DNA from: Candidatus Aenigmatarchaeota archaeon
Lineage (GTDB): Archaea > Aenigmatarchaeota > Aenigmatarchaeia > QMZS01
DNA: 39,900 nucleotides
Assembly (NCBI GenBank): GCA_003663295.1
Contig: QMZS01000001.1
Span: 1-39,900 of the forward strand
Reading direction: 5' to 3'
The notes below the pieces were generated by a model that did no database searches, was not told the DNA's origin, and worked only from the letters and a program-made list of their open reading frames with translations. Below, piece by piece: positions 9,030 to 17,302 of this stretch. Position 1 is the stretch's first letter. Every line of letters starts with the position of its first letter. Both the position numbers and the translations under genes were made by a program.

Positions 9030-9788
9030 ATGAAAATAACATTCCTTGGCACGGGATCTCCTGAAGGTATCCCAGTTATGCTCTGCGGATGTAAATTATG
9101 TGCCTCTTCAAAAGAACGGCTAAGACCCGGACTAATGATACAACAAGATGAACAAAATATAATCTTGGATGCAGGACCTGATATCAGAAAACAAATAATT
9201 CAAAGTGGCATCAATAAGATATCAGCAATATTTCTTACACATTATCATTTTGATCACTTCTGGGGTGTTGCAGAATTTGAGCAATTAAACTGGGTTGGTC
9301 TCGGAAATTTCACCACCTATTTAAACAATAATACCTATGAACACTTAAAAAGTATTCCTTGGATTAAATTAAAATGTGAAACCCTTGATTTCAATAACCA
9401 TATAAATCTAAAGGGTCTTAAAATTGAAGCCATCAAAATAGAACATGCGGATTACCTTGAAAAATCCGGTTATATAATAAGAGATGAATGCAGAAAAGTT
9501 GTTTATATACCAGACATAAAAGCCATATCAGATTTAAATCTCAAAAAATGCGAGAATGCGGATATTCTTGTGATTGACGGACAGTATATACTTGGAAAAT
9601 ATATTGATGATGAAGACCATCTTGGCGGGAAGGAACTTATTAAAAAAATACAGGAATTCAATGCCAAGAAAATATATCTCATTGGATTCTCTGAGCATTG
9701 GTACAAAAAGTCAGCAAAAGATGCTGAAAAACAACTACCTGATAATTTTAATATACCTGATGATAAAACAGTTTTGGTGTTAAAATGA
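9030..9788 (+). CDS. MBL-fold metallo-hydrolase, PhnP-like phosphodiesterase
   Basis: HYHFDHFWG (HxHxDH) plus the N-terminal pattern FLGTGSPEGIPVMLCGCKLC, a Cys cluster as in PhnP/PqqB-type MBL proteins. Confidence 0.75.
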   Translation: MKITFLGTGSPEGIPVMLCGCKLCASSKERLRPGLMIQQDEQNIILDAGPDIRKQIIQSGINKISAIFLTHYHFDHFWGVAEFEQLNWVGLGNFTTYLNNNTYEHLKSIPWIKLKCETLDFNNHINLKGLKIEAIKIEHADYLEKSGYIIRDECRKVVYIPDIKAISDLNLKKCENADILVIDGQYILGKYIDDEDHLGGKELIKKIQEFNAKKIYLIGFSEHWYKKSAKDAEKQLPDNFNIPDDKTVLVLK

Positions 9789-9949
9789 AAGAAAAATTAA
9801 TTATCATAACAGGTGCAAGTTCGGGTATAGGTGAAGCTACCGCAAAAAAGTTATCATTCTCAAAAAATAAGATTATCCTTATATCAAGAGATATAAAAAA
9901 GATGAACTTTCATTATCCCCAGATAACTCAACAAGATTATCAAAAACAC
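9785..9949 (+). pseudogene. N-terminal fragment of a short-chain dehydrogenase/reductase (SDR)
   Basis: MKEKLIIITGASSGIGEATAKKLSFSKNKIILISRDIKK carries the SDR TGxxxGIG Rossmann motif, but the frame ends after 54 codons. SDRs are normally ~250 aa. The ATGA start overlaps the MBL gene stop. Confidence 0.55.
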
Positions 9950-11010
9950 TAAGACCTCATCCAGATAAATACCATGGTATGACTAATGTTGAAAATAGAT
10001 ATAGACAAAGATATCTGGATCTCTTGAATCCAAACACTGCACAAACATTCAAAAAAAGGACAAAAATGGTTAATTCTATAAGAGAGCTATTGACTAATAT
10101 GGATTTCATGGAAGTTGAGACGCCTGTACTGCAATCAATGTATGGTGGAGCTAATGCCAAACCATTTATAACAAAACATAACTCTCTTAAACAAGACATG
10201 TTCATGAGAATATCAAATGAATTATATCTAAAAAGATTGATTATCGGTGGACTAGACAGAGTATACGAATTCTCAAAAGATTTTAGGAATGAAGATATAG
10301 ACTCTACACATAATCCTGAATTTACTCAACTTAAACTTTATGGAGCTTATCTTGATTATAAAGATATGATGGATATTACCGAGACACTTTTTAAGAATGT
10401 ATGTGAAAAAGTAAATGGAACTAATAATCTAGAATACCAAGGAATTGGAATTGATTTTGAAGAACCTTGGAAAAGAATGACTATGGAAGACGCAGTAAAA
10501 AAATATTCTGGGATTAATTGGAAAAATACCTCCGATGAAGAACTTAAACATATTCTCGATAAAAATAAAATTGAACAAAAAGGAGGATATACAAAAGGGA
10601 AAGCACTTAATTGGTTATTCGAAGAATTTGTTGAAAATAATCTAATACAACCTACAATAATCATGGATTATCCTTCAGAGATTTCTCCTTTAGCAAAACA
10701 ACATAGAGATAAAGAGGGTTTAGTTGAAAGATTTGAATTCTTCATAAACGGAAAAGAATATGGTAATGCTTATTCTGAGCTCAATGACCCTATAGAACAA
10801 AGAAAACGTTTCTTAGAACAAATTGAACAAAAAACTCTTGGAGATGATGAAGCTCATCTCTTAGATGAAGAGTTCCTTACAGCAATGGAATATGGTATGC
10901 CACCTACAGGAGGTCTAGGTATTGGTATAGATCGTCTTGCAATGCTTATGACAAATAAGGCTTCCATCAAAGATGTGCTCCTTTTTCCCACTTTAAAAAC
11001 CCAAATTTAA
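9871..11010 (+). pseudogene. lysS: class II lysyl-tRNA synthetase lacking the N-terminal anticodon-binding (OB) domain
   Basis: The catalytic core is colinear with bacterial-type LysS: ENRYRQRYLDL, FMEVETPVLQ, FITKHNSLKQDMFMRISNELYLKRLIIGG, FRNEDIDSTHNPEFT, ERFEFFINGKEYGNAYSELNDP, GMPPTGGLGIGIDRLAMLMT. The first ATG is at 9979. The frame is open from 9871 with no start and still encodes the end of the OB domain and linker (DELSLSPDNSTRLSKTLRPHPDKYHG; compare E. coli [26 protein letters not shown]). The rest of the OB domain is absent. Confidence 0.7.
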
Positions 11011-11043
11011 CAAGATTATTTAAAATTTTGGAGTATTTTATAT

Positions 11044-11175
11044 ATGGTTGGTTACGGAGATATTATAGTCATACCCCTTGCAGATGAAGAAATTCATGTA
11101 GATCTTAAGGAATATAAAGAACTTGGAAGGGCTGGATGCATTCAAAAATATAATATCCCTCTTGGGAAATATTGA
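11044..11175 (+). CDS. small hypothetical ORF (43 aa)
   Basis: ATG..TGA ORF (MVGYGDIIVIPLADEEIHVDLKEYKELGRAGCIQKYNIPLGKY) filling the gap between lysS and the convergent Nudix gene. No motif recognised; it may not be expressed. Confidence 0.2.
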   Translation: MVGYGDIIVIPLADEEIHVDLKEYKELGRAGCIQKYNIPLGKY

Positions 11176-11679
11176 TTAAAATAGATTGTCTTTATAATTT
11201 TTTAAAATTATCTGAGTATAAATAGTGACTTTTATTTCGCCAGTTTTTGCTAAATCGCAAAATTCAGGATAACTGAAAAATCTTCCCTCAGTCGCTTCTT
11301 CATTTAGTTTTATTTCCGGATTATTTATCTTATATAAATATAACATATCAATCATTTTTTCACATTCATTAAAATCAATGAACTTTGCAATGCGCGTTAA
11401 TTCTGAACTTTTAGATTCCAAACCCAGTTCTTCCTTAAGCTCTCTCATTCCAGCCAGTTTATAACATTCTGTATAAGGCACATGTCCAGCAACAGAAATT
11501 TCCCACATTCCCGGATATAAGTTTTTATCAGGACTTCTCTTCTTGAAATATAATTCTCCTTGAGGATTCCTGACCCCAACGAGCACACCCCTATGAATCA
11601 GATGATTTTCATGACAATATTCTCTTGTTTCTTTCCTGACCGGGACATCCTGTTCATCAACCACCCAAAGGCATTCCAT
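11176..11679 (-). CDS. Nudix hydrolase of the IPP-isomerase-type-1-like (COG1443-like) subgroup
   Basis: Nudix box GHVPYTECYKLAGMRELKEELGL. The architecture resembles type 1 IDI: VVDEQDVPV...HENHLIHRGV...KRSPDKNLYPGMWEISVAGH...ECE. The position of the IDI catalytic Cys (E. coli TNSVCGHP) is Ala here (EISVAGHV). Confidence 0.7.
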   Translation of the reverse strand: MECLWVVDEQDVPVRKETREYCHENHLIHRGVLVGVRNPQGELYFKKRSPDKNLYPGMWEISVAGHVPYTECYKLAGMRELKEELGLESKSSELTRIAKFIDFNECEKMIDMLYLYKINNPEIKLNEEATEGRFFSYPEFCDLAKTGEIKVTIYTQIILKNYKDNLF

Positions 11680-11779
11680 TTATAGGAATAATAATCAATT
11701 AATAACCCTTTATTGGGGCTTATTATGCAATTGTCGAAACATGACAAATCCAGGCTATAATTAATTTTCAGATAATCTA

Positions 11780-12583
11780 ATGGGCAAAAAATTAATTCTT
11801 ATAAAATTCGGGGGTTCTGCAATCACAGATAAACTAAAACCTTATACCGCAAATTTTGAGGTTATTAAAAAACTTTCAAAAGAGGTAAAAGAAGCCAGGG
11901 AAGAAAAAGAACTTAATCTGATAATAGGTCACGGGAGCGGATCTTTCGGGCATAGCTCAGCAAAAAAATACAGGACTGCGGAAGGATTTGTGAATGATGA
12001 AAGTAAATATGGGATTTGTGTTGTGCAGAATGATGCCGCAAAATTAAACAGGATTGTTGTTAACAATTTATTAAATGTTGGTGAGAAAGCAATTTCTATT
12101 CAACCATCATCTTGTTGCATTGCGGAAAACTCAAAAATTAAGGAATTTTATTTGAAACCAATAAAAAAACTTCTTGAATATGGTATGATCCCTATTCCTT
12201 ATGGAGATATTGGACTTGATTTAAAAAAAGAAGGTTGCATTTTATCCACAGAAGAAATCCTAAGCCATCTCGCAAAAAACCTTGGATTTGAAAGCAGGAT
12301 TATTATGGTTGGAAAAGTTGACGGGGTTTGCACCGCAGACCCCACAAAAGATGAAAAAGCTAAATTCGTGGAAGAAATAAATAAGGATAATTGGGAAGAA
12401 GTTAAAAAATATCTTGGGGGTTCAGATGGAACTGATGTAACCGGGGGTATGGTTCATAAAATTGAACAAGGAATTGAACTCGCAAAAGAAGGTGTTGAGA
12501 TTGAGATTATCAATGGGTTGAAAGAAGGAAATCTTAAAAAATGTTTGCTTGGCGAAAGAGTAGGGACTTTGATTAAATGGTAA
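11780..12583 (+). CDS. ipk: isopentenyl phosphate kinase
   Basis: Amino-acid-kinase fold with IPK-type motifs: LILIKFGGSAITDK, IIGHGSGSFGH..AKKY, ISIQPSS, GDIG, DVTGGMVHKIE. Colinear with Methanocaldococcus IPK. Confidence 0.85.
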   Translation: MGKKLILIKFGGSAITDKLKPYTANFEVIKKLSKEVKEAREEKELNLIIGHGSGSFGHSSAKKYRTAEGFVNDESKYGICVVQNDAAKLNRIVVNNLLNVGEKAISIQPSSCCIAENSKIKEFYLKPIKKLLEYGMIPIPYGDIGLDLKKEGCILSTEEILSHLAKNLGFESRIIMVGKVDGVCTADPTKDEKAKFVEEINKDNWEEVKKYLGGSDGTDVTGGMVHKIEQGIELAKEGVEIEIINGLKEGNLKKCLLGERVGTLIKW

Positions 12584-12741
12584 ATTAAATATTATATCTT
12601 AATAGAGTCTCGGAGAAAGATTATTAGATTAAATATCTCCCAGAAATAAACTATAATAATCGCAAAATCACTAAAATATGCTACTCGTCAAATGACGAAT
12701 TGCACTTCGACAGGTTTAAAAAGTTTTTTTGAAATCTTTCA

Positions 12742-12960
12742 ATGGTAAATTTAGTAGAATATAAAACTCAAAGAATAGAAGAATTGCTTGGGGTTAATTT
12801 AAATTATCTAAATGAAGTGCCGGTATTAAGTGATGTGGGTCAGGATGTAATAAATACCGCAAAATATATCTTAGAAACTTCTTATGATTCTATGGACAAA
12901 TTGGCTGAAGACCTGATAAAATTAAAGTCTGGCATGGAAGATTATCTTCTTTGGGATTAA
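12742..12960 (+). CDS. hypothetical small acidic protein
   Basis: 72-aa ORF ending 21 nt before the UbiD-family gene, same strand. No recognisable motif. Confidence 0.4.
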   Translation: MVNLVEYKTQRIEELLGVNLNYLNEVPVLSDVGQDVINTAKYILETSYDSMDKLAEDLIKLKSGMEDYLLWD

Positions 12961-12981
12961 TTTTAAAGATAAGATATAGTT

Positions 12982-14271
12982 ATGAGAACTTATTTGAAAA
13001 CTGAGAAAACAAGAGAAATAAAAAAAGAAGTTTCTATTGACTATGAACTTTCTTCTCTCTGCAGTAAAATTGAGGATAAACCAACAATACTCAAACTGAA
13101 AGAATATCCAACTGTAAAAGCAGTTGTTGGTCTCTGCGGAAACAGGGACTCGCTTGCAAAAGGAGTTGGAACCACAAAAGAAGAATTAATTTTTAAGATT
13201 TCAAAATCAATGGACAAACAGAGCGAACTTTCTATTTTGGATAATGCGCCTTTTCTTGAAAATAAAATAGATAAACCAGATATTATAAAACATATTCCTG
13301 TGCCGATTTTTTACAGGGAAAAAGAAAGACGATATTTTTCTTCTTCAATTATTATTGTAAAAAACAAGGAAACCGGAATCCAGAACATGTCATTTCACAG
13401 GATGATGTATATTGGAGATAATAAATTTTCAATCAGAATTACTCCGCGACATTTGTACGAATTATTTAACAAAGAATCCGGTGATTTGGAAGTTGCAATT
13501 GTTATCGGGGTTCACCCAGCTGTTGAACTTGCCGCAGCAACTTCATACACACCTGATTTTGATGAACTTAAATTTGCATCAACTTTATTGGGGGGGCTTA
13601 ATGTAACAAAAGTCGGGAATTTGTTTGTTCCCTCAGAATCAGAAATTGTCCTGCATGGAAGAATAACAAAGAAACTTGCGGAAGAAGGACCTTTTGTTGA
13701 TTTGACCGGAACAACAGATATTGAAAGAGAACAAAATGTTTTTGAATGCGATACCCTTTATTATCGAAATGAACCTTATTTCAGGGTTATTATTCCCGGA
13801 GGACTGGAACACAGAATTTTAATGGGTGTGCCTCAGGAACCAAGGATGTATAAAATTATATCCAATACCATTCCAACAACCAAAAATGTGTGCCTGACTG
13901 AAGGAGGATGCTGTTGGCTTCACGGTGTTGTTTCAATCAAGAAGAGAAAAGAAGGCGATGGCAAAAATGCCATTCTTGCGGCTCTTGCAGCCCACCCTTC
14001 AATGAAAAGAGTTGTGGTTGTTGATGAAGATATTGATATTTTTAATCCACTTGATGTTGAGTGGGCAATCACTACAAGGTTCCAGCCAGACAATGATTTG
14101 GTTATTATTCCGGGAGCAAGAGGTTCAAGTCTTGACCCTTCCTCTGATTTAGAAAAACACACAACTTCAAAATGGGGTCTTGATGCAACAAAACCTCTTG
14201 ACAAAGATGGAAAGTTGTTTGACAAAGTTGAGTTGCCTTTGAAATTGAAGAAAGAGGATTATTTGGAATAA
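12982..14271 (+). CDS. UbiD-family decarboxylase (candidate trans-anhydromevalonate-5-phosphate decarboxylase)
   Basis: UbiD-like pattern: NMSFHRMM, IRITPRHL, VAIVIGVHPA, GPFVDLTG, HRILMGVPQEP, EWAITTRFQPD. Linked to UbiX, AcnX, IPK and MVK genes. The specific substrate is inferred from that context. Confidence 0.8.
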   Translation: MRTYLKTEKTREIKKEVSIDYELSSLCSKIEDKPTILKLKEYPTVKAVVGLCGNRDSLAKGVGTTKEELIFKISKSMDKQSELSILDNAPFLENKIDKPDIIKHIPVPIFYREKERRYFSSSIIIVKNKETGIQNMSFHRMMYIGDNKFSIRITPRHLYELFNKESGDLEVAIVIGVHPAVELAAATSYTPDFDELKFASTLLGGLNVTKVGNLFVPSESEIVLHGRITKKLAEEGPFVDLTGTTDIEREQNVFECDTLYYRNEPYFRVIIPGGLEHRILMGVPQEPRMYKIISNTIPTTKNVCLTEGGCCWLHGVVSIKKRKEGDGKNAILAALAAHPSMKRVVVVDEDIDIFNPLDVEWAITTRFQPDNDLVIIPGARGSSLDPSSDLEKHTTSKWGLDATKPLDKDGKLFDKVELPLKLKKEDYLE

Positions 14272-14273
14272 TA

Positions 14274-14708
14274 TTACCATTTAGAAAAAGCATAAAGGGT
14301 AATCCATATTAAAAAACCTACTAAGATTATTAAAAAGATAATTCCAAACAATTTTGGATGTTCCTTTTTTAAATCATCTATTAAATTAGTAAAATCTTCA
14401 GTGGTACTTAGAGATAATAAAGAAAATGTAAACACTGCAAAAAATGTAATAAAGAAAATGGATACTTCCAAATCCGGCATTGGAGTATTCAAAGAATTTA
14501 AAAATAATAAAAGATATAAACTATAGAAATAAGAAGAATAAGCACCCAACCAATCGCTTAAAGCTATATATTTTGTCCTTGAAATAAATATATAATACCT
14601 GAGAGACATAATTAAATAACCCGGGAATATTATCCCCAATACAATTTTTGCTTCTTCTTTAGCACAAGTCAATAAAAACCCATATACAAGGATGAATGCA
14701 GTCACCAA
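14274..14708 (-). CDS. hypothetical polytopic membrane protein
   Basis: About 4 hydrophobic segments. TTG start in the track, with no in-frame ATG upstream. Convergent with the UbiD gene (2-nt gap). Confidence 0.45.
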   Translation of the reverse strand: MVTAFILVYGFLLTCAKEEAKIVLGIIFPGYLIMSLRYYIFISRTKYIALSDWLGAYSSYFYSLYLLLFLNSLNTPMPDLEVSIFFITFFAVFTFSLLSLSTTEDFTNLIDDLKKEHPKLFGIIFLIILVGFLIWITLYAFSKW

Positions 14709-14817
14709 TCTTTCTCGCTTCTCAATTTCTTTATAATATTTCTCTTCTTTATCATAATAATTTTATTCTAGAATCATTAAAAATCAACCTTCCTAAAATA
14801 CTAAAATACAATTAATT

Positions 14818-16014
14818 ATGTACCTGACAAATGAAGAAGAATTAATGCTTAAAGGAGAACAAGGAGCAGTTGTGGCGAAATGCATGAAACTCCTTGTAAG
14901 ATTAGGGGATATTTACGGGGCTGACAAGATGATAAGTATTTCATCATCGCAGGCATCAGGAGTTTCCTATAAATCAATTGGGGACCCGGGTCTTGAATTT
15001 CTTAACGGATTTGCGGATGAAGGGGCGAAAGTAAGAGTGCCTACCTTTCTTAATCCCGCGGGAATGGACCTTGAAAACTGGAAAGAACTTGGAATCTCTG
15101 AAACATTTGCGGGAAAGCAAATGAAAATTATTTCAGCATTTAGGAAAATGAATGTAGTGACCACCTGCTCCTGCACACCTTACTTATTTGGAAATCTTCC
15201 GAGATTTGGAGAACATATTGCATGGAGCGAATCATCTGCAGTATCATTCGCAAACTCCGTAATCGGGGCGAGAACAAATAGGGAAGGAGGACCATCAGCA
15301 TTGGCGGCTGGGATCACAGGAAGAACCGCAAATTATGGACTTCATCTTGAAGAAAACCGTAAGCCCAATCTCTTAATAAATTTAAAAGTTGAATTAAAAA
15401 CAAGTTCCGATTTTGGGGCTCTTGGATATTTTATTGGTAAAGTTGTGAAAAACAAAATACCTTATTTCTCTGGAATAAACAAATGCAACACAGATAATTT
15501 AAAATTCCTTGGAGCTGCAATGGCCGCATCCGGAGCTGTTGCTTTATATCATGTTGAAAATAAAACGCCTGAAGCAAAAAATTATGAATCCTTAATTAAC
15601 CGTTTGGAAAAAGTTGAATACTCTGCGGAAGATTTGAAAAAAAGTTATGAAGAACTCACAGACAGCCCAGAACCCGATTTAATTGTTATTGGTTGTCCGC
15701 ACGCATCAATTTCTGAAATAGAAATTCTTGCCGAAAAATTAAACAATAAAAAACTTGAAAAAGAATTCTGGGTCTGCACTTCAAAATCAATAAAAACCTG
15801 GGCGGACAGGATGGGCTACACAAAAATAATTAATGATGCTGGAGCAAAGATTGTGTGCGATACCTGCATGGTTGTTTCACCTCTTGAAGAAACTAATTAT
15901 GAATGCATTGGAACTAATTCAGGGAAAGCCGCAAAATATATTCCAGGATTTTGCAAAAAGAAAGTATTTTTCGGTGATTTAAATATTCTTATTGAAAAGG
16001 GTTTAAGAAAATGA
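14818..16014 (+). CDS. aconitase X catalytic subunit (DUF521-type; candidate phosphomevalonate dehydratase large subunit)
   Basis: N-terminus MYLTNEEELMLKGEQG and conserved Cys residues (TTCSCTPY, IGCPHAS, VCDTCMVV) fit the AcnX/DUF521 family. The start of the next gene overlaps by ATGA. Confidence 0.8.
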   Translation: MYLTNEEELMLKGEQGAVVAKCMKLLVRLGDIYGADKMISISSSQASGVSYKSIGDPGLEFLNGFADEGAKVRVPTFLNPAGMDLENWKELGISETFAGKQMKIISAFRKMNVVTTCSCTPYLFGNLPRFGEHIAWSESSAVSFANSVIGARTNREGGPSALAAGITGRTANYGLHLEENRKPNLLINLKVELKTSSDFGALGYFIGKVVKNKIPYFSGINKCNTDNLKFLGAAMAASGAVALYHVENKTPEAKNYESLINRLEKVEYSAEDLKKSYEELTDSPEPDLIVIGCPHASISEIEILAEKLNNKKLEKEFWVCTSKSIKTWADRMGYTKIINDAGAKIVCDTCMVVSPLEETNYECIGTNSGKAAKYIPGFCKKKVFFGDLNILIEKGLRK

Positions 16015-16412
16015 GAGCAATAAAAGCAAGGGGGATTTCAGAAGGAATCGGAAAAGGCGAAGTTATAATTATAAAAGAACCTTTTGGATTTTACGGGAAT
16101 ATTGACCCGAAAACAGGAATCATAATTGAAAAAGGAAATCCTCTTGAAGGCGTTTGTATAAAAGACAAAATTTTTGTTTTTCCAAACGGGAAAGGAAGCA
16201 CAGTCGGGTCTTATGTGATTTATGGGCTGAAAAAGAATGGTGTGGCTCCATCCGCAATAATCAACCTTGAAACAGAAACCATTGTTGCAACAGGGGTGAT
16301 TTTAGCGGAGATTCCCTGCGTTGACAAACCGGAAGAAAATTTAATTGAAACCCTGAAAGACGGGGATGTTGTTGAAGTTGACGGGAATAAAGGAGAAATA
16401 AGGATTTTATAA
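16011..16412 (+). CDS. aconitase X swivel-domain subunit (DUF126-type; candidate phosphomevalonate dehydratase small subunit)
   Basis: 133 aa with GEVIIIKEPFGFYGNIDPKTG and FPNGKGSTVGSYVIYGLKKNGVAPSAII, typical of the AcnX small subunit. 4-nt overlap with the large subunit. Confidence 0.8.
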   Translation: MRAIKARGISEGIGKGEVIIIKEPFGFYGNIDPKTGIIIEKGNPLEGVCIKDKIFVFPNGKGSTVGSYVIYGLKKNGVAPSAIINLETETIVATGVILAEIPCVDKPEENLIETLKDGDVVEVDGNKGEIRIL

Positions 16413-16466
16413 AATGGTGCAAAAAATACCAAAAAATGGTAAAATATTTATATAAACTGAAATAAA

Positions 16467-16482
16467 TACCATTTAAATGGTA
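16467..16482. repeat. perfect 16-nt palindrome TACCATTTAAATGGTA within a cluster of AAATGGT/ATACC half-sites
   Basis: Read directly. AAATGGT occurs at 16412-16418, 16434-16440 and 16475-16481. ATACC(A) occurs at 16426-16430 and 16466-16470. All lie in the 106-nt spacer between convergent genes. Confidence 0.6.
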
Positions 16483-16518
16483 AAACTAAAAACCTTATTT
16501 AAATAATTAACTTAAGAA

Positions 16519-17247
16519 TTATCTGTCTCTAAGCTTGGCCAATAATCTCAATATCTCAAGATATAACCAGATTAAAGTTACCATCAGACCAAATGCTCCA
16601 TACCATTCCATATATTTTGGGGCTTTGGCTTCTGCTCCTTTTTCAATAAAATCAAAATCCAGAACCAGATTTAATGAAGCAATAACTATTACAACCAGAC
16701 TGAATCCAATTCCTATCAAACCGCTTTCATGGATATATGGCATGCTCATTCCAAAAAGTCCCATCACAAAAGTAAGAGCATATATTAAAAAAATAGCTCC
16801 GGTAGCCGCAACAACACCCAGTCTAAAATTTTCAGTTACTTTTATCAGTCTTGATTTGTAAGCAGTAAGCAGACAAAAAAGCGTGCCAAATGTTAGCAAT
16901 ACCGCTTGTATTACTATTCCGGGATAAGCCTGCTCCATCATGGCTGAAATTACCCCAAGAAACAATCCTTCAAAAAGAGCATAAACCGGGGCAGTATATC
17001 CCGCCAGAGGTTTTTTGAAAATTGTTATTATCGCAGTTATCAGACCCCCAATTAACCCAACAATTAAAAGAATAGAATACAATTCAGGATAACTCCAACT
17101 CCATGCAGAACTCGCTACAGTAAGCAATAATAAAAAATAAGTTTTGTTCACAGTTCCGTTAATTGTCATTGCCCGCTTTGATGAAAAAGAACCTTCTCTT
17201 GAAAATATTTTATCATTCTTCAACACTGGATTTCCTGAACGCATCAT
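16519..17247 (-). CDS. Bax-inhibitor-1/YccA-family membrane protein
   Basis: N-terminus MMRSGNPVL followed by ~7 hydrophobic helices and a charged C-terminus (LAKLRDR), as in COG4760/BI-1-like proteins. Confidence 0.65.
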   Translation of the reverse strand: MMRSGNPVLKNDKIFSREGSFSSKRAMTINGTVNKTYFLLLLTVASSAWSWSYPELYSILLIVGLIGGLITAIITIFKKPLAGYTAPVYALFEGLFLGVISAMMEQAYPGIVIQAVLLTFGTLFCLLTAYKSRLIKVTENFRLGVVAATGAIFLIYALTFVMGLFGMSMPYIHESGLIGIGFSLVVIVIASLNLVLDFDFIEKGAEAKAPKYMEWYGAFGLMVTLIWLYLEILRLLAKLRDR

Positions 17248-17302
17248 AATTAAATAAAGTAAAATTAAAGGATTTATTATAAATTCGTTTCCAACTCATA
17301 TT

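Noticed and set aside
9979-11010. Reading the headless class II LysRS as an EpmA/PoxA(GenX)-type EF-P lysylase, which naturally lacks the anticodon-binding domain.
   Set aside because: The sequence tracks bona fide LysS motifs closely (ENRYRQRYLDL, FITKHNSL, DDEAHLLDEEFLTAMEYGMPPTGGLGIGIDRL) rather than EpmA. The upstream start-less in-frame codons still encode the end of the OB domain, which points to truncation of a full-length lysS. Phylogeny would be needed to exclude the alternative fully.
12685-12698. 14-nt palindrome TCGTCAAATGACGA, and an imperfect 9-bp hairpin (TCTCGGAGA...TCTCCCAGA, ~12607-12651), in the spacer between ipk and the 72-aa ORF. Considered as an sRNA or operator.
   Set aside because: Both are short, and the hairpin has a mismatch and a ~24-nt loop. 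No C/D-box or other RNA-family signature is present. They could arise by chance in 158 nt of spacer, so this is not strong enough for a feature call.
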